DNA of 64,000 nt. It comes from an uncultured delta proteobacterium. GTDB taxonomy: Bacteria > Desulfobacterota > Desulfomonilia > UBA1062. The translations under genes were made by a program, and so were the position numbers. The notes below the pieces were generated by a model. The model was not told the DNA's origin. It did no database searches and worked only from the letters and a program-made list of their open reading frames with translations. Location: assembly GCA_963785235.1 (NCBI GenBank), contig CAWAUM010000001.1, positions 672,001 through 736,000 of the forward strand, given 5' to 3'. Every line of letters starts with the position of its first letter. The stretch's first letter is position 1. Shown one piece after another: positions 62,080 through 64,000 of the stretch.

Positions 62080-62385
62080 ATGGCAGGACCGTCTGACATT
62101 TCTACTATACTCTCCCAGGCAGGGAGGATTGAGAAGATCAATCAGAACACCTTTGCCCAATCGGAGTTCGCACGTCAGATTCTCACCGAACAAGAGGCAA
62201 AGGCAAGGCTGCTCAGAAGCAGGGAAGTGGCCCAAACCAAGAAGGCCCAGGAAATATCGGTGAGTGACAAGGCAAAAGAGGAACACCGAAAAGAGAATCC
62301 CAAGGAAGACAAGTCCAAGGCCCTGATCGATTCAGAAGAGGAAAACCCCCAAGGGGAGAAACACATCATCGATGTGGTGGTGTAA
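62080..62385 (+). CDS. Hypothetical protein, possibly flagellum-associated
   Basis: Charged helical ORF ending HIIDVVV, first gene of the cluster. Confidence 0.65.
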   Translation: MAGPSDISTILSQAGRIEKINQNTFAQSEFARQILTEQEAKARLLRSREVAQTKKAQEISVSDKAKEEHRKENPKEDKSKALIDSEEENPQGEKHIIDVVV

Positions 62386-62387
62386 TC

Positions 62388-62828
62388 TTGCAGCTTCCTG
62401 GTGTTGATCCTACAAGACTCCTCCTTATTGCACAAGTCATCATCCAGATAATCCTGATTGCTTTCGTGGTGTTTCTCCTTGTCCTGGAAAAAAAGAGAAA
62501 GGTTAAGCCTGACGCCCTTGAAGAGCTCAAGGCGGTAGTGAAGCAAACACAGGATCTCTCGAATGCCTTCCACACTAATGTCCAGCAGAGAATCGACCTG
62601 GTCTCCAAGGTCATGAGTGACCTTGACAGTAAAATTCGAAACGCCGAGGGCCTCATGAAGGCATTGGAAGAGACATCGCTGAAGGTGAAGAAGGCCAGGC
62701 AGTTCAATTCATCGGATGTCCTGAAACTGCACAGTGGAGGTTTCGATGCCCTTGAGATCTCCCAGATCACCGGGGTACCTGTGGGTGAGATTGAGCTCAT
62801 GATCAAGGTAAGTAATCCCCAGGGCTAA
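62388..62828 (+). CDS. Single-TM coiled-coil protein with C-terminal HTH-like (DUF2802-like) motif
   Basis: TM, coiled coil, EISQITGVPVGEIELM. Confidence 0.65.
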   Translation: MQLPGVDPTRLLLIAQVIIQIILIAFVVFLLVLEKKRKVKPDALEELKAVVKQTQDLSNAFHTNVQQRIDLVSKVMSDLDSKIRNAEGLMKALEETSLKVKKARQFNSSDVLKLHSGGFDALEISQITGVPVGEIELMIKVSNPQG

Positions 62829-62842
62829 ATCAAAAAGAAGTT

Positions 62843-63610
62843 ATGCGTATTATCCCTGCCCAGATCACTGCCGGCGATATTATTGTAAAAGACAAGATGC
62901 CAGCGCTGGTTATCGGGCGGCAGGTTATCGCCACCGTGCTCGCCAGTGCGAAAGACGGACTTGTCCTGATCTCCATGTTCGGGAAGCAATTCTTTGTGGA
63001 GACGACCCTTGACCTGCAAAAGGATCAGATACTCAACCTCAAGGTGTATGCCACCACCCCTAAGGTTATCATGAAACCTGTTGAGTCGAATCCTGAAGTG
63101 AGATCTTCAATCAAGCTGATGGATAACCTTGTGGAGCAGCTTGTGGGAAAATTCGGCAGTACCCAAATACAGGCCTTTGATCTTAAAGAGATCCTGAAGA
63201 AGCTTATATCCGATGCCCCTGACGAGAAGATGGCTGTACAGCTTGCCCAGAAGTTTATCCAAGACTTTTCGCAGTTACCGATCAATACAATTGCTTATCT
63301 CCTGATCCCTCTTGTGGGTGAAGATACCCGTGGCAGGGCCCAGGTAACAATTGAAAAGGATGGGCAGGATTACCGGTTGCATTTTGATATGGAGACCGAT
63401 GCCCTGGGTCTTATTGAAAGCACTGTCTTAAAGACAAAAGCAGGGATATCTGTTGAAATCTCTTCTGCGCTCGGAGAGGTTGTGGATTTTTTGAAGGCGA
63501 ATGTGAAAGATCTTGGTGCAAGCCTTGAGCCTTTTGGGATTATGGGTATTGAGATTGTGCAGAAGAAACCAACTGCAGCGCAGCGTACTCCGGTGGATGT
63601 GGTGGTATGA
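62843..63610 (+). CDS. FliK-like (hook-length-control C-terminal domain) protein
   Basis: LHFDMETDALGLI...L...VDVVV; directly upstream of an FlhB_C-like gene. Confidence 0.55.
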   Translation: MRIIPAQITAGDIIVKDKMPALVIGRQVIATVLASAKDGLVLISMFGKQFFVETTLDLQKDQILNLKVYATTPKVIMKPVESNPEVRSSIKLMDNLVEQLVGKFGSTQIQAFDLKEILKKLISDAPDEKMAVQLAQKFIQDFSQLPINTIAYLLIPLVGEDTRGRAQVTIEKDGQDYRLHFDMETDALGLIESTVLKTKAGISVEISSALGEVVDFLKANVKDLGASLEPFGIMGIEIVQKKPTAAQRTPVDVVV

Positions 63611-63888
63611 AGAAAGAGGACAGGATAAAAAAGGCTGTTGCCTTGAAATACGAAAGGGGAAAAGATGCCGCCCCGAAGGTTACGGCAAAGGGCAGAGGCG
63701 CCATAGCAGATAAGATCCTTGCCTTGGCCAAAGAGCACAAGATCCCTATCGAAAAGGATTCAACCCTGATGGAGGCGCTCTACCGTCTGGATATCAATGA
63801 GGGGATCCCTGAAGAGCTCTACAAGGTTGTTGCTGAGCTCCTGGCGTTTATTTATCGTATGAATGCCCTCAAGAAGGGCAGATCTTAA
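63607..63888 (+). CDS. Stand-alone FlhB C-terminal-like protein (EscU/YscU/HrcU family, YlqH-like)
   Basis: KAVALKY..APKVTAKGRG..IPEELYKVVAELLAF. Confidence 0.9.
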   Translation: MKKEDRIKKAVALKYERGKDAAPKVTAKGRGAIADKILALAKEHKIPIEKDSTLMEALYRLDINEGIPEELYKVVAELLAFIYRMNALKKGRS

Positions 63889-64000
63889 ATTCTCTGTAGA
63901 ATATCTTGTAACCATCTTGACTGATGTTCCCATCCTTTTATATATAGTTCCGTGCCGTTTGAGCAGCTTTTTTATGTGAAAATACATATTGTTATTATAC

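Overview
A 64-kb chromosomal segment of an anaerobic bacterium. The gene content (NfnAB, DUF362/polyferredoxin, ADP-forming acyl-CoA ligase, FmdE, DRTGG, multi-PAS hybrid kinase) suggests a Desulfobacterota/deltaproteobacterial lineage; that placement is inference. About 55 CDSs are supported, including asd, pgm, gltX, an aconitase, atpE and nfnAB. I found no rRNA, tRNA, CRISPR array or transposase. About 16 genes carry 1-nt frameshifts, most likely long-read assembly errors, so single-base conclusions need read-level checking. Main leads: (1) a three-gene operon encoding a ParA fused to a glycogen-binding CBM48 domain, a degenerate MinD/FlhG-like partner with a ParB-type LGRGL peptide and a degenerate PD-(D/E)XK protein, behind a c-di-GMP-I-like leader; this is a candidate glycogen-granule positioning system. 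(2) An ArsR regulator with an in-frame TGA at a Cys-like position followed by a bSECIS-type hairpin (candidate selenoprotein); it shares an operator with Cys-rich small proteins and an MddA/nurim-like methyltransferase. (3) A family of five intergenic long-hairpin repeats with co-varying arms. (4) An MshEN-PilT pseudo-ATPase. (5) A candidate sigma54-driven sRNA.
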